Of a stretch of DNA of 64,000 bases, positions 32,563-42,683 are shown piece after piece; position 1 is the first letter of the stretch; each line of letters starts with the position of its first letter. The notes below the pieces were generated by a model, which had not been told where the DNA came from, made no database searches, and worked only from the letters and a program-made list of their open reading frames with translations. The stretch lies in assembly GCA_964643995.1 (NCBI GenBank), contig CAZXUJ010000003.1, forward strand, positions 65,927 through 129,926, read 5' to 3'. The DNA is from an uncultured Candidatus Saccharibacteria bacterium. GTDB lineage: Bacteria > Patescibacteriota > WWE3 > UBA101185 > UBA10185. Position numbers and translations under genes: made by a program.

Positions 32563-32994
32563 CTAAAAAAGTGAGGATATCATTGCGGGTTCATCTACAC
32601 TATCTGCATCATCTATTTTCTCAGTTTCAAAAGTGCCTTCATTTAGTAGGGAAGACTTAATCTCGGTCGTTTCTCTCTCCATTATCTCAAGTATTCTTTC
32701 TTGGTGGGTTTCCATCTTTATCATACGTTCTTCCCAACGCTTTTGTGAAGCATGTAAAAGTGCCATGGTTAGGAATATTATGACACTAGTGACTGTATGA
32801 AAGATAATATACCAATGTTCGCCAAACCCGATCACAAAACCGCTCAAAAGCCAAACCACAACAATTACTAAAGATATAGAAAACCACATGGGAGAGCTCA
32901 AGACCTTGCTGGCAACCTCAGAAATGTTTTCAAAAACATTTACGGTTTTTTTCTTTTTAATAGATTTGTAGTTGTAAAAACTTGATTTGGGCAT
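32563..32994 (-). CDS. Hypothetical small membrane protein (2 TM helices plus a C-terminal acidic coiled region)
   Basis: 143-aa ORF. Hydrophobic helices WFSISLVIVVVWLLSGFVIGF and IIFHTVTSVIIFLTMALL. Confidence 0.55.
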   Translation of the reverse strand: MPKSSFYNYKSIKKKKTVNVFENISEVASKVLSSPMWFSISLVIVVVWLLSGFVIGFGEHWYIIFHTVTSVIIFLTMALLHASQKRWEERMIKMETHQERILEIMERETTEIKSSLLNEGTFETEKIDDADSVDEPAMISSLF

Positions 32995-33064
32995 TACTTT
33001 AATGTTACTAGATTTGTCTATCTTCTTACAGTCTATAATTTACTATTTGCTATAATGTTCCCAC

Positions 33065-34381
33065 ATGAACGGAACACTTAGAATTCATGGTGGAAAGAAA
33101 CTAAAGGGTGAGGTTGTCCCCATTCCAAATAAGAACGCTATTGTAGCCACATTGCCTGCTTGCATACTTTCTGATGAAACAATTGTTTATTATGATTTAC
33201 CAGACACCTCCGATGTTCAAAAAATATTAAATATTCTACGTAAGTTGGGTGCTGACGTCGTCTCAGACAACCTATCCAAAGTAACAATCTGTTGTAAAAA
33301 CGTTAAAAGTTACGAAATTGATTACGAACTTGGTTCACAATTCAGAGCATCAATAATGTTTGCTGGTCCGTTGTTAGCTCGTTTTGGTCGAGTTTCCGTA
33401 CCAATGCCGGGGGGTTGTGTTCTTGGTGCGCGATCAATTGCTGCTCATATAGACTCTTTTAGCAAAGTAGGAATTAAAGTAGAGTACAAAAAGGACACTA
33501 TAGAATTTATTGCTCCCAAAAAACCACTTAAAGATGAGCTGATTTGGCAAACAGAGGCCAGTGTTACTGCAACAGAAAATGTTGCTATGTATTTAGCAGG
33601 TGTTTCAGGCAATGTGACTATAATTAACGCCGCCTCTGAACCTCATGTTTCACAACTTTTACAAATGCTACAAACCATGGGTGCGAGGATAGACGGTATA
33701 GGATCTAATCGAATTACTATCGAGGGTAATTCTAAGCTTGGTACCTGCGCGTACCATCCAGAACCAGACCAAGTAGATATTGCAGGTTTTATCGTGGCTG
33801 CAGCTATAACCAAGGGAAAGATCAAAATCAAGGGTGCTAACAAGTTTGACATCGTAGGTGGTCTTCTCAATGTATTTGAAAAGTTTAACATCGCAATAGA
33901 TCCAATAGGTGACGATTTAGTTGTTGATGGCTCAGGAGATATTTGGATAGATCTAGAATCATCCGGTTTTCCGCTTGCTGGTAAAGATCTCCCAAAACTT
34001 AATCCACAACCATGGCCGTCTTTTCCTGTAGATGTTTTGCCAGTTATGGCCACCTTAGCTTGCAAAATGGATGGAAAGCTACTTTTACAGAATTGGATGT
34101 ATGAAACCGGATTGGACTTTATACGTGAACTTAACAAACTTGGTGCCAATATCTTTATGTGCGACCCCCAAAGAGTCATTGTTAACGGTCCTATAGAATT
34201 TAAGGGAGGTGGTATTGTTTCTCCTGGGATTATCCAAGCCTGTAAAGCAATATTTCTCGCGGCACTTTGTGACGACGTTGTTACTGTCTTGCACGGTACC
34301 GATGTTTTGAAGAGACGTTATCCTGACATTGTCAGTGTTTATAAGAGTCTTGGTGCTGATATTGAAGAAGTCAAAAATTGA
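33065..34381 (+). CDS. murA: UDP-N-acetylglucosamine 1-carboxyvinyltransferase
   Basis: 438 aa with EPSP-synthase-fold MurA similarity throughout (for example GGCVLGARSIAAHID, active-site Cys region). Confidence 0.9.
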   Translation: MNGTLRIHGGKKLKGEVVPIPNKNAIVATLPACILSDETIVYYDLPDTSDVQKILNILRKLGADVVSDNLSKVTICCKNVKSYEIDYELGSQFRASIMFAGPLLARFGRVSVPMPGGCVLGARSIAAHIDSFSKVGIKVEYKKDTIEFIAPKKPLKDELIWQTEASVTATENVAMYLAGVSGNVTIINAASEPHVSQLLQMLQTMGARIDGIGSNRITIEGNSKLGTCAYHPEPDQVDIAGFIVAAAITKGKIKIKGANKFDIVGGLLNVFEKFNIAIDPIGDDLVVDGSGDIWIDLESSGFPLAGKDLPKLNPQPWPSFPVDVLPVMATLACKMDGKLLLQNWMYETGLDFIRELNKLGANIFMCDPQRVIVNGPIEFKGGGIVSPGIIQACKAIFLAALCDDVVTVLHGTDVLKRRYPDIVSVYKSLGADIEEVKN

Positions 34382-34390
34382 GCTTAAGTT

Positions 34391-35428
34391 ATGACATCAG
34401 ATCTTTTAAGGGAGTTACAGTCTACTGGGGCTCACGTGGTCTGTGATGAACCATTAGCCAAATATACAAGTCTTAAGGTTGGTGGCCCCGCTGATTATTT
34501 TGCCAAAGTCTCAGACCAAGAAACTTTAACCAAACTCTATACAAAAGCATATGAGATTAAACTTCCAATCTTTACCTTGGGTATGGGCACGAACATACTG
34601 GTGGGAGACAAAGGTATACGAGGATTGGTTATCAAAAATTCAGTTACTGACATTAAAATAGGCAACAAGTTCCCTCTAAAAATACAAAAATCACAAAAAC
34701 AGCGTCGACAGGAAACACATTGGAAACCAGGTTTTCTTAAACTATCTGACATTAACTTCGATATTTCTGCAACCGAAGGTGTTGAGGTAACAATCTCGGC
34801 CGGAACACCGCTAGCATATGCAATTACCTTCTTATTAGACAAGGGTATCACTGGCCTAGAGTACTTTGCAGGAATTCCAGGCACGTTTGGCGGGGCCGTA
34901 TGGAACAATGTACACGGTGCTGATTGGTTGCTAGAAGACTTTCTGAAAGAGGTAGAGGTGATGCTTCCTGATGGCTCAGTTCAAATTCTTTCAAAGCAAG
35001 ACCTTGGGTTACATTATGATTTTTCAATTTTTCACAGTAATGCGTCGCTTATACTTTCTGCCACATTGATTCTGCCCTTAGGTGACAAAAAGCAAGCTCA
35101 GTATGTCGCTGAGGAATGGGCTAAGCGCAAATCCTTCCAGCCTAAAAACACAGCGGGGTGTACTTTTGGCAATATTTCCGAAGAACAGCGCCTCCAAGCC
35201 CATCTTGAAAATTGTGGCACAGGTTACATAGTTGACAGAGTGCTTAATGCACGAGGTAAAAGAGTTGGTAACGCATGGATTTCCGAAAAACACTGTAATT
35301 TTATTGAAACCTCTCCTGGAGCGACTGCTAAAGATGTTTCGCATTTAGTCGACTATATCAAGTTGCGCACCTATGCGGAACTTGGCATTTGGTTACATGA
35401 AGAAATTTTGAGAGTAGGGGAGTTTTAG
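34391..35428 (+). CDS. murB: UDP-N-acetylenolpyruvoylglucosamine reductase
   Basis: GGPADYF FAD-binding motif, LGMGTNILV. Follows murA. Contains an internal insertion. Confidence 0.85.
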   Translation: MTSDLLRELQSTGAHVVCDEPLAKYTSLKVGGPADYFAKVSDQETLTKLYTKAYEIKLPIFTLGMGTNILVGDKGIRGLVIKNSVTDIKIGNKFPLKIQKSQKQRRQETHWKPGFLKLSDINFDISATEGVEVTISAGTPLAYAITFLLDKGITGLEYFAGIPGTFGGAVWNNVHGADWLLEDFLKEVEVMLPDGSVQILSKQDLGLHYDFSIFHSNASLILSATLILPLGDKKQAQYVAEEWAKRKSFQPKNTAGCTFGNISEEQRLQAHLENCGTGYIVDRVLNARGKRVGNAWISEKHCNFIETSPGATAKDVSHLVDYIKLRTYAELGIWLHEEILRVGEF

Positions 35429-35480
35429 GTTTTCCTGACAGTTGACAGTCTTGTAGTGCCCGTGTTTTAATCATCCTGCT

Positions 35481-35708
35481 ATGTCAAGAATGTGTGAAGT
35501 TTGCGGAAAAACATATAAAAAAGGAAACCTTGTGCCACGTGGTATAGGTAATCGTGTTACCCGCAGGACCATTACCCGTCAAAAACCAAACTTGCGTAAT
35601 AAAAGAGTTACTTTTGGTGACAATAGCGTACGTTTGAAACTTTGCGCTTCCTGTTTGAAGAGACTTAAGTTTGAATCTAGAGTAGTAGAAGAAACAACTG
35701 AAAATTAA
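35481..35708 (+). CDS. rpmB: 50S ribosomal protein L28
   Basis: MSRMCEVCGKTYKKGNLV...RRTITRQKPNLRNKRV matches the L28 N-terminal pattern. Confidence 0.8.
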   Translation: MSRMCEVCGKTYKKGNLVPRGIGNRVTRRTITRQKPNLRNKRVTFGDNSVRLKLCASCLKRLKFESRVVEETTEN

Positions 35709-35710
35709 TC

Positions 35711-36643
35711 TCAGTTCTTACCCTGCGCATATCCATTTACGAATTCTCCCCAGTTCATTTTATTTTTACCCTCAACCTGTATTTCAAGTATATTCAACTT
35801 ACCATCAATAACATTTGCACGATAGATCTTCACTCTTAAATTCCAATCATTACGAAGTTTTATTATTTTTGCTGCTTCCATATCTTTTAATGTTGTCCAG
35901 GCTATTGGCCATGGATAATAAGCTCTAACCATTCTCTCTATTTGGTCAATACTCATAGACTCCCAGTCTATTTTGGCATCTTCCTTATAAATATACGTAC
36001 TCTTTTGATTAGTTAAAGAATAACAATATGTTGCGTCGTCATGGTTTTGAGGCACCGGAGTAAGATTGTTGTTCACATAACCGTCTAATACTACAGGTAA
36101 AGTTTCAGCCGCCTGTATAAATAATGTATCGTACAGTACATCTGTAGTCTCGACGCCCTGCATTTTATACTCAAATTGATAAATAACATCTCCAGTGTCC
36201 ATACCCTTATCAACCAATTGAAAAGTAACCCCTGTAACTTCATCTCCATTTAGAAGTGCATGTTGCACAGGGCTTGCACCTCGATACTTTGGTAACAATG
36301 AAAAATGAATATTTACAATGCCAAACTTTGGTTTTGAAAAAATATCTTCAGGGATAATAAAATTAAAATCTGCAACAACGCCAATATCAATGCTATATAA
36401 CTCTAATGCTTCGAGCACTCTTTGTTTATCTTCATCTCTCAGGGAATGTATCTCGATGAATGGCACCTCGTTTTGATCTGCCCAGATCTTTACTCCCGTT
36501 TCCCTAACATCCTGGTGTCTGCCAACTAAAGTGTCAGCTTTTGTGACACAAAGCCTTAAATCAAAATTTTCCTTCAAAACCTCAAGTATTGAATCCGATT
36601 TATCCGAAGTCCCAAAGAAAGCAACCTTTAAATCTTTATTCAT
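35711..36643 (-). CDS. fmt: Methionyl-tRNA formyltransferase
   Basis: HFSLLPKYRGASPVQHALLNGDEVTGVT formyltransferase motif. Downstream of def. Confidence 0.9.
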   Translation of the reverse strand: MNKDLKVAFFGTSDKSDSILEVLKENFDLRLCVTKADTLVGRHQDVRETGVKIWADQNEVPFIEIHSLRDEDKQRVLEALELYSIDIGVVADFNFIIPEDIFSKPKFGIVNIHFSLLPKYRGASPVQHALLNGDEVTGVTFQLVDKGMDTGDVIYQFEYKMQGVETTDVLYDTLFIQAAETLPVVLDGYVNNNLTPVPQNHDDATYCYSLTNQKSTYIYKEDAKIDWESMSIDQIERMVRAYYPWPIAWTTLKDMEAAKIIKLRNDWNLRVKIYRANVIDGKLNILEIQVEGKNKMNWGEFVNGYAQGKN

Positions 36644-36652
36644 AATTTCTTA

Positions 36653-37219
36653 CTACAAACCTTTTTGTTCCTCCATCATCATTCTATCCAACTCAGCTTC
36701 CGTTACAAGGTTTCCGATAGTACGGCTCGTATATAACACACCATTCAAGTGGTCCAGCTCATGCTGCAAAACCCTTGCAAAAAAACCCTCAGCCTTAAAC
36801 TTTACCGGATTACCATTTTCATCAAGAGCAGTAACTTTAACTCTTTTAGCACGCTCCACCATCCCAAAAATCCCTGGCACACTCAAACAAGCCTCCCAAC
36901 GCACATTTGTAGCAGGGGATTCGGATGTAATCTCTGGGTTAATAAGCACAAAATCTTGCGCATACTCCTTTTCTGGGTTTGCCGAATCCTGAATAAACTT
37001 ACGTACCACGCAAACTCTTTTACCAACACCAACTTGTGGTGCCGAAAGTCCAGCAGCACTATTTTCAGGAAGTCTTACAGTATCCAGCATGTCTTGTATC
37101 AACGCCTTTATCTCTGGAGTGATCTCTTTCACATACTCACACTTGGTTTTTAATACCTCTGGAACCTCCAAAACTGCCTTATTTTCGATTTTTACCTTGA
37201 CGATTGGTAATACAGCCAT
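36653..37219 (-). CDS. def: Peptide deformylase
   Basis: GLSAPQVG, EACLS and HELDHL motifs. Confidence 0.95.
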   Translation of the reverse strand: MAVLPIVKVKIENKAVLEVPEVLKTKCEYVKEITPEIKALIQDMLDTVRLPENSAAGLSAPQVGVGKRVCVVRKFIQDSANPEKEYAQDFVLINPEITSESPATNVRWEACLSVPGIFGMVERAKRVKVTALDENGNPVKFKAEGFFARVLQHELDHLNGVLYTSRTIGNLVTEAELDRMMMEEQKGL

Positions 37220-37315
37220 GTTCGTATTTTAACACCTAATGCCTCGTTTTTTAATTTCAAAACCTGTATCTTTAGGATATAATGCTGCCATCTCGATATA
37301 AGGAGGCTAAAAAGC

Positions 37316-37570
37316 ATGGAAATGATGTTTGTACTAGTGCTGTTTTTTGGTGCCTTTCTGGGCATAAGTAGCGAAAACTGGGGAATTGCAGTTATTGTCG
37401 CGGCTGTAGCGAGCTTGTTAATGGCCGTTGTTGGTCGTGACACTAAGTTTCAAACTGTAGGCTCAATAATTCTGCAATTTGGAATTTTTTTTGTAGTCTC
37501 AGAAATCATTGTTATTTTAGCTTATTTGATCATTGAAATGGATCTTTTTGGCCAAATAGCCAGAATGTAG
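37316..37570 (+). CDS. Hypothetical small membrane protein (84 aa)
   Basis: Strong RBS AAGGAGG 8 nt upstream. Two hydrophobic helices. Confidence 0.6.
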   Translation: MEMMFVLVLFFGAFLGISSENWGIAVIVAAVASLLMAVVGRDTKFQTVGSIILQFGIFFVVSEIIVILAYLIIEMDLFGQIARM

Positions 37571-37809
37571 CTATCTCAGTGCTCTGCCGGTAGGTACTTT
37601 TGCTGTTATTACAGTTAAAAGTGCCTATCGGGCTATTTGCCAGTCTTTGTTACATACTCGACTTTCACTTTGTTCAGTCACATTATATCATCGTTAATTT
37701 TGACCGTTACTGCAGCATAAAGACGTCATGCAGCCTCCACAAAACTATAGAAAGCCCTATAATAGTACCACAATACAAATGTTTTACATTCAATTTACAG
37801 GAGAACGAA

Positions 37810-38034
37810 ATGGACCCGATCATATTGGTTTTGGCCGTGTTAGCTGGTATTGCAAGTTATGTAGTAGGGGTTACCTTTGATCAGCAGATTTGCTCGTCAA
37901 TTGCGCCTTTTGTATTCGTCGTTGGTGTGGTTTTTGCTTTCCTTGGCCGTGGGCGTAGCCCTCGCCATAGTGGCAGCAAGTCTGATATAGAAGCCGCGCA
38001 TGGGCCATATTCTGGTAACGGTCCTCGTTATTAG
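37810..38034 (+). CDS. Hypothetical small membrane protein (74 aa) with a G/R/P-rich C-terminal tail ending GPRY
   Basis: RBS AGGAGAA 5 nt upstream of the ATG at 37810. The track's longer 37600 form lacks signals. GC-elevated. Confidence 0.55.
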   Translation: MDPIILVLAVLAGIASYVVGVTFDQQICSSIAPFVFVVGVVFAFLGRGRSPRHSGSKSDIEAAHGPYSGNGPRY

Positions 38035-38329
38035 TTTATGCCCTGGGGCCGTCTGTAGAGAGTTCGTATTTAGATTTGATCCAATTTAGTTCTGATCAAA
38101 CCTTTATACAAATATAACTCTCACAGGCGGCCTTTTCCTTTTTTGATAAGCTTTTTCCTAAATCTTCTACTTATACTTTATATTTATATGTTGCTAGTAG
38201 TTGTACCTATGTTTATCCCTTATCAGCAGCCTTTAATCACAGTCACCTAAGCAAAAACTTCACTTATGCAGGATAATTATCTCATAGTGCGAATCATACG
38301 TTCCAGTTCACATCCCAGCGGAGGAAAAA

Positions 38330-38686
38330 ATGAAAGGTTTAGGCTTAACGTTGTTGGATCTGGTTTTCGCCCATTTGTATTTTATTGCAGTGGGACTGCT
38401 TTTCGATGCCCCTATGATAGGTTTTGGAATTCATGTCCTGGTAATCATTGTTACCGGAGGCTGGAACAACAATTTATCAGATCAAATAGTCATTGATTTA
38501 TTTGTTTGGGGGATCTTGGCATTGGCTTGTGGCCAATGGTTTGTTGGTCTGGGGTTGCTGATTGTAGCCAGTGTTTTTAGCGCGATGATTCTTCTGAATA
38601 TTAATCGTTCAGAACAACATCGTGTTTATGCCTGGCACAGTGGGTGCAACACTCGAGGCCCACGTGACCCGTATGTAGGTCAGTAG
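38330..38686 (+). CDS. Hypothetical small membrane protein (118 aa), probable paralog of 37810..38034 (shared VGxxFD...I core and GPRxPY tail)
   Basis: RBS GGAGGAAAAA before the ATG. Three TM helices. Confidence 0.6.
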   Translation: MKGLGLTLLDLVFAHLYFIAVGLLFDAPMIGFGIHVLVIIVTGGWNNNLSDQIVIDLFVWGILALACGQWFVGLGLLIVASVFSAMILLNINRSEQHRVYAWHSGCNTRGPRDPYVGQ

Positions 38687-38829
38687 ACTTTTGAGCCATC
38701 AAAGTCGATTGTTTGAGATTTTTGCTTTCGCACTAATATAAATCTCAGATCTTCGCTTTGGTGGCTCTTTTTTTTACTTTACACCAACACAATTTTGCAA
38801 ATATAAATTCTTCAGGTATTCTTCTTTAG

Positions 38830-40995
38830 ATGAAGCTGGTTATTGTTGAGTCGCCTACGAAGGCAAAGACTTTAAGCAAAATACTTCCAAAGGATTACAT
38901 AATAGAGGCCTCAATGGGTCATGTCAGAGATTTGCCAAAGAAGGGTTTGGCGATAGATGTTGATCACAATTTTGCACCTGAGTATGAGATTCCGGAAAAA
39001 GCGAAAAAGGTGGTTACGAAACTTAAGAAGGATCTTCAAGAGGTTGATGGTGTTATTCTGGCAACTGACCCTGATAGAGAAGGCGAAGCTATTGCGTGGC
39101 ATTTAAAGCATATCTTGACTGAGGTCAAAAAATACAAGAATTTACCTTATAGTAGAGTATTTTTTCACGAGCTTACAAAAGACGCAGTTTTGGAGGCATT
39201 TAATCATCCAGTTGATGTTGACCAAAATCTTGTTGATTCCCAGCAGGCTAGGCGAGTGCTTGATAGGTTGGTTGGATATAAACTATCCCCGCTACTTTGG
39301 AAGAAAGTTAGATTTGGTTTATCTGCAGGACGTGTGCAAAGTGTAGCCGTGAGGTTGATTGTTGAGCGTGAACGTGAGAGAGATGCATTTGTGCCAGAGG
39401 AATATTGGTCTATTTTTACAGATTTGCATGCCGCAGAAGATGTTAAACGCCAAGTAAGGGCAGAGGTAAATAAATTCAAAGATGAAAAGCTTGAAATTAA
39501 AGATGAGAAAGCGGCTACAAAAATAAAGACTGATTTAGAAAAGAGCACTTTTGTTATCAGTGAAATAAAAAAGACTGAAAAGTCTAAGGCTCCTCGTGCT
39601 CCATATAAAACTTCTACCTTGCAACAGGATATGGCTAACAAGTTTGGTTTTGGTGCTAGCCGTACCATGAAGGCGGCACAAAAATTGTTTGAAAATGGTT
39701 TGATAACTTACCACAGAACAGACTCTTTGGTTTTGTCTCCACAGTTTACGGAAGCTGCGCGTAAGTTTATAAAAAAGGAATTTGGTAAGGAATATATTCC
39801 AGAAGAGACACGTATATATAAAACCCAAGATAAAAGCGCGCAGGAAGCTCATGAAGCTATACGCCCTACTGATGTGAGCATGTTACCAAGTGACTTAAAG
39901 AAAGCTTTACCTGAGGACGATAAAAAAGTGTACTTGGCTATTTGGACAAGAGCTTTGGAATGCCAGATGAGCAATGCTGTTTATGATCAAACTTCTTTGA
40001 AGATTACTACCGATACTAAGTACGAATTGAAGGCCAGTGGATCTGTTGTAAAGTTTGAGGGTTGGTTAAAGATTACATCCTTTTTAGATGTTGATGACGA
40101 AAAGGAAGAGCTTAAAGTTTTGGCAGACTTTTCTGAGAGCGAAGTTCTAGATTTGGAGCAGGTTGAAACCAACCAGCACTTCACACAACCTCCCGCTAGA
40201 TATTCAGATGCTAGTTTGATTAAACGTTTGGAGGAGCTTGAGATTGGAAGACCTTCTACTTATGCTCCAACACTCCAAACTATAAAAGCTCGTGGTTATG
40301 TAGATAAGGATGGCCGTTATTATTTTCCGAAGGATGTAGCTTACGTTGTATCAGATCTTTTGGTAGAACACTTTCCAACGATAACAGATTACGAGTTTAC
40401 AGCCGATTTAGAAAAAAAATTGGATTCAATTGCCCAGGGTGAAACCAAATGGGTGCCCATAATAAAAGACTTCTATACACCTTTTGAAAAAACTTTAGCC
40501 AAAAAGGATAAGGAACTAAACAAACATGATGTGACGAATTTGGGTGAAGCCGAAGGTAAATGTCCTGAATGCGGGAGTACGTTACTTTATAAGCTAGGTA
40601 AGTACGGAAAGTTTATAAGTTGTTCAAATTACCCAACATGCGAGTATGCCCAGCCAATGCCAGATCAAGTTCCAACAGATGAAAATGGCGAAGCGATTAC
40701 TGATTTTGGTAAGTGTGAGGTCTGCAATGATGGTATATATGTACTCAAACAAGGGCGCTTTGGTAAGTTTCTGGCCTGTAGTAATTACCCAAAATGTAAG
40801 ACCACTAAGCCTTATCTTGAAAAGATCGGCATGAAATGTCCTAAGTGCGAAGATGGTGAAGTTATTGTTAAAAAAGCTAAGGGTAGAACTTTTTTTGGAT
40901 GTAGTAATTACCCTAAATGTGACTATGCCAGTTGGAAGAATCCTTTGAATGATGGCAAAAAAGACGAGGACTCCGAAGACATGCCACCCGAATAA
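38830..40995 (+). CDS. topA: DNA topoisomerase I
   Basis: Toprim domain at the N-terminus (IVESPTKAKTL...). Active-site Tyr region. Three C-terminal C4 zinc ribbons (CPECGS..CSNYPTCEY and similar). Confidence 0.95.
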   Translation: MKLVIVESPTKAKTLSKILPKDYIIEASMGHVRDLPKKGLAIDVDHNFAPEYEIPEKAKKVVTKLKKDLQEVDGVILATDPDREGEAIAWHLKHILTEVKKYKNLPYSRVFFHELTKDAVLEAFNHPVDVDQNLVDSQQARRVLDRLVGYKLSPLLWKKVRFGLSAGRVQSVAVRLIVERERERDAFVPEEYWSIFTDLHAAEDVKRQVRAEVNKFKDEKLEIKDEKAATKIKTDLEKSTFVISEIKKTEKSKAPRAPYKTSTLQQDMANKFGFGASRTMKAAQKLFENGLITYHRTDSLVLSPQFTEAARKFIKKEFGKEYIPEETRIYKTQDKSAQEAHEAIRPTDVSMLPSDLKKALPEDDKKVYLAIWTRALECQMSNAVYDQTSLKITTDTKYELKASGSVVKFEGWLKITSFLDVDDEKEELKVLADFSESEVLDLEQVETNQHFTQPPARYSDASLIKRLEELEIGRPSTYAPTLQTIKARGYVDKDGRYYFPKDVAYVVSDLLVEHFPTITDYEFTADLEKKLDSIAQGETKWVPIIKDFYTPFEKTLAKKDKELNKHDVTNLGEAEGKCPECGSTLLYKLGKYGKFISCSNYPTCEYAQPMPDQVPTDENGEAITDFGKCEVCNDGIYVLKQGRFGKFLACSNYPKCKTTKPYLEKIGMKCPKCEDGEVIVKKAKGRTFFGCSNYPKCDYASWKNPLNDGKKDEDSEDMPPE

Positions 40996-41121
40996 TATTC
41001 TGTGCTATAGTCCCCAAGCAAATATAGAACCCGTTGATTTGACAAAAAAATAAAACAAAAAAAGGAAAAAGGAGTAATTTCTAGTTTGGGTTCTTCTAGA
41101 TAATGCTCCAGAGGTGAGACA

Positions 41122-41334
41122 ATGCATAAGATACGCTGTTTGAACACTTTATTGTTGGGGCTGTTTTTCGTCCCGAAACCGGCAGAGGCTCAGTTTAATC
41201 TCAATCCTGCAACCTGTGCCCTGGTGAAGTTATTACGGGACAACGACGTAGATGAAATTGTAGGCTATCGGCGGTGGTGTTTTGATCCTGCTAACTTTGG
41301 GAATTTGCTCTTTTTGGCCGCGGCGGCGATCTAG
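41122..41334 (+). CDS. Hypothetical small secreted protein (70 aa, signal peptide, 3 Cys), GC-elevated
   Basis: RBS GAGGTGAGACA before the ATG. Cleavage-like site AEA-Q. Confidence 0.4.
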   Translation: MHKIRCLNTLLLGLFFVPKPAEAQFNLNPATCALVKLLRDNDVDEIVGYRRWCFDPANFGNLLFLAAAAI

Positions 41335-41444
41335 TGGCAGTGCGCGCTTAGCGACATAATTTTCTGCATTGTATGCGAGATTTAACAAAAATCTTATTAG
41401 TCATGCATACAATGCCTCCTATGTTCGTGATAAAATCCTAATGC

Positions 41445-42683
41445 ATGAATTCTGTATCTTATACTTTTTACACCGCACAAAAGAAAAAGCTTGCAGCTCA
41501 GCAGAGTCGAAAAGCTAAATTCGTAGATTTTAAAGATTTGGTAAAAGTTTCTAATAAGCTAAAAAAAAAGAATCAAAAGATAGTGTTTACTACCGGAACA
41601 TTTGATTTATTAAATCCCGGTCATTGTAGATACTTGGCTGAAGCAAGGAGTAGGGGAGATGTCTTAGTTGTAGGTGTAAGTCCTGATTATTCGGTAAGAC
41701 AGGCTAAGGGTGATTTATATCCCCTTATTAACCAAGACTTACGTGCAGAATTAGTTAGTTATTTGAAAACAGTAGATTATGTTACTTTTTGTCCGGAGGG
41801 TCAACCACATGGCGTGTTGGCGCTTCTGAAACCGGATGTGTTTTTCACAAGTGCTGGGGCCTGGGACGATGGTTTGCGTGACATGCAGGAGGAGTATTTG
41901 GTTAAGTCTTATGGTGGGGTTGTTGTTAGACGTAAGAGACATAGTCCATACCTTAGTACTGTTCAACTTGTAGAGCACATTGCCAACATCCGAGTTTTGC
42001 AAATTCTCGAGAACTATATAAAGCAGGAAGTTAAGTCTTTTCAGCTAAACCCTGATGAGCACCTACATCCTGCTGACTATTCTGATCAAATTCCTATTTA
42101 TGATAATGCCTTTAACCCCATGGATCGTGTGAGAAACTTTTCTGATATTCCTGAACTAGTAAAAGAGTTTAGATCCAAAAAGAAGACGGTTGTGTTTGTT
42201 TCAGGGTCTTATGATTTACTACATACAGGTCACGCTAGATTTATTGAAAAGGCCGGTACTCTAGGTGACTTGCTGGTCGTTGGCATTCCTTCTGATCGTT
42301 CGCTTAGAGTTCTTAAGGGTGTTGGAAGACCAGTTATATCTGAAACCGCACGTGCGTATGTTCTTTCAAATCTTGATCTAGTAAATTATGTTGTAGTTTT
42401 TGATCACACTACTATATTGAGTACACTTCAAGAATTAAAACCTGATGTGTTTTTTACTGTCGATGAGAGTTGGAACTCAGGACTGGAGGATAGCCCAGAA
42501 TATAAAACCGTAGTTAGTTATGGTGGTAAGGTCGTAAAGGCCGAGAGACAATCTCCGTTTTTGTCTTCTTCCGCAATTATAAATAAGGTTGCTGGTGAAA
42601 AGGTTAAAGAAATTTTTAGTGATTGTATGGACGATAGAAAATATGAAAACATAATTAAAGAAAGGTCGAAATTTCAAAAATGA
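41445..42683 (+). CDS. Protein with two tandem cytidylyltransferase-like (HxGH nucleotidyltransferase) domains
   Basis: GTFDLLNPGHCRYL and GSYDLLHTGHARFI motifs about 200 aa apart. Each is followed by a GVSPDYS/GIPSDRS segment and a KPDVFF motif. Confidence 0.75.
   Translation: MNSVSYTFYTAQKKKLAAQQSRKAKFVDFKDLVKVSNKLKKKNQKIVFTTGTFDLLNPGHCRYLAEARSRGDVLVVGVSPDYSVRQAKGDLYPLINQDLRAELVSYLKTVDYVTFCPEGQPHGVLALLKPDVFFTSAGAWDDGLRDMQEEYLVKSYGGVVVRRKRHSPYLSTVQLVEHIANIRVLQILENYIKQEVKSFQLNPDEHLHPADYSDQIPIYDNAFNPMDRVRNFSDIPELVKEFRSKKKTVVFVSGSYDLLHTGHARFIEKAGTLGDLLVVGIPSDRSLRVLKGVGRPVISETARAYVLSNLDLVNYVVVFDHTTILSTLQELKPDVFFTVDESWNSGLEDSPEYKTVVSYGGKVVKAERQSPFLSSSAIINKVAGEKVKEIFSDCMDDRKYENIIKERSKFQK

Noticed and set aside
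33643-34294. Two minus-strand ORFs (178 aa at 33643..34179 and 69 aa at 34085..34294) antisense to murA
   Set aside because: They lie inside a highly conserved housekeeping CDS.
36531-37153. Plus-strand ORFs (153 aa at 36531..36992 and 134 aa at 36749..37153) antisense to fmt/def
   Set aside because: Antisense to conserved def/fmt genes. Spurious.
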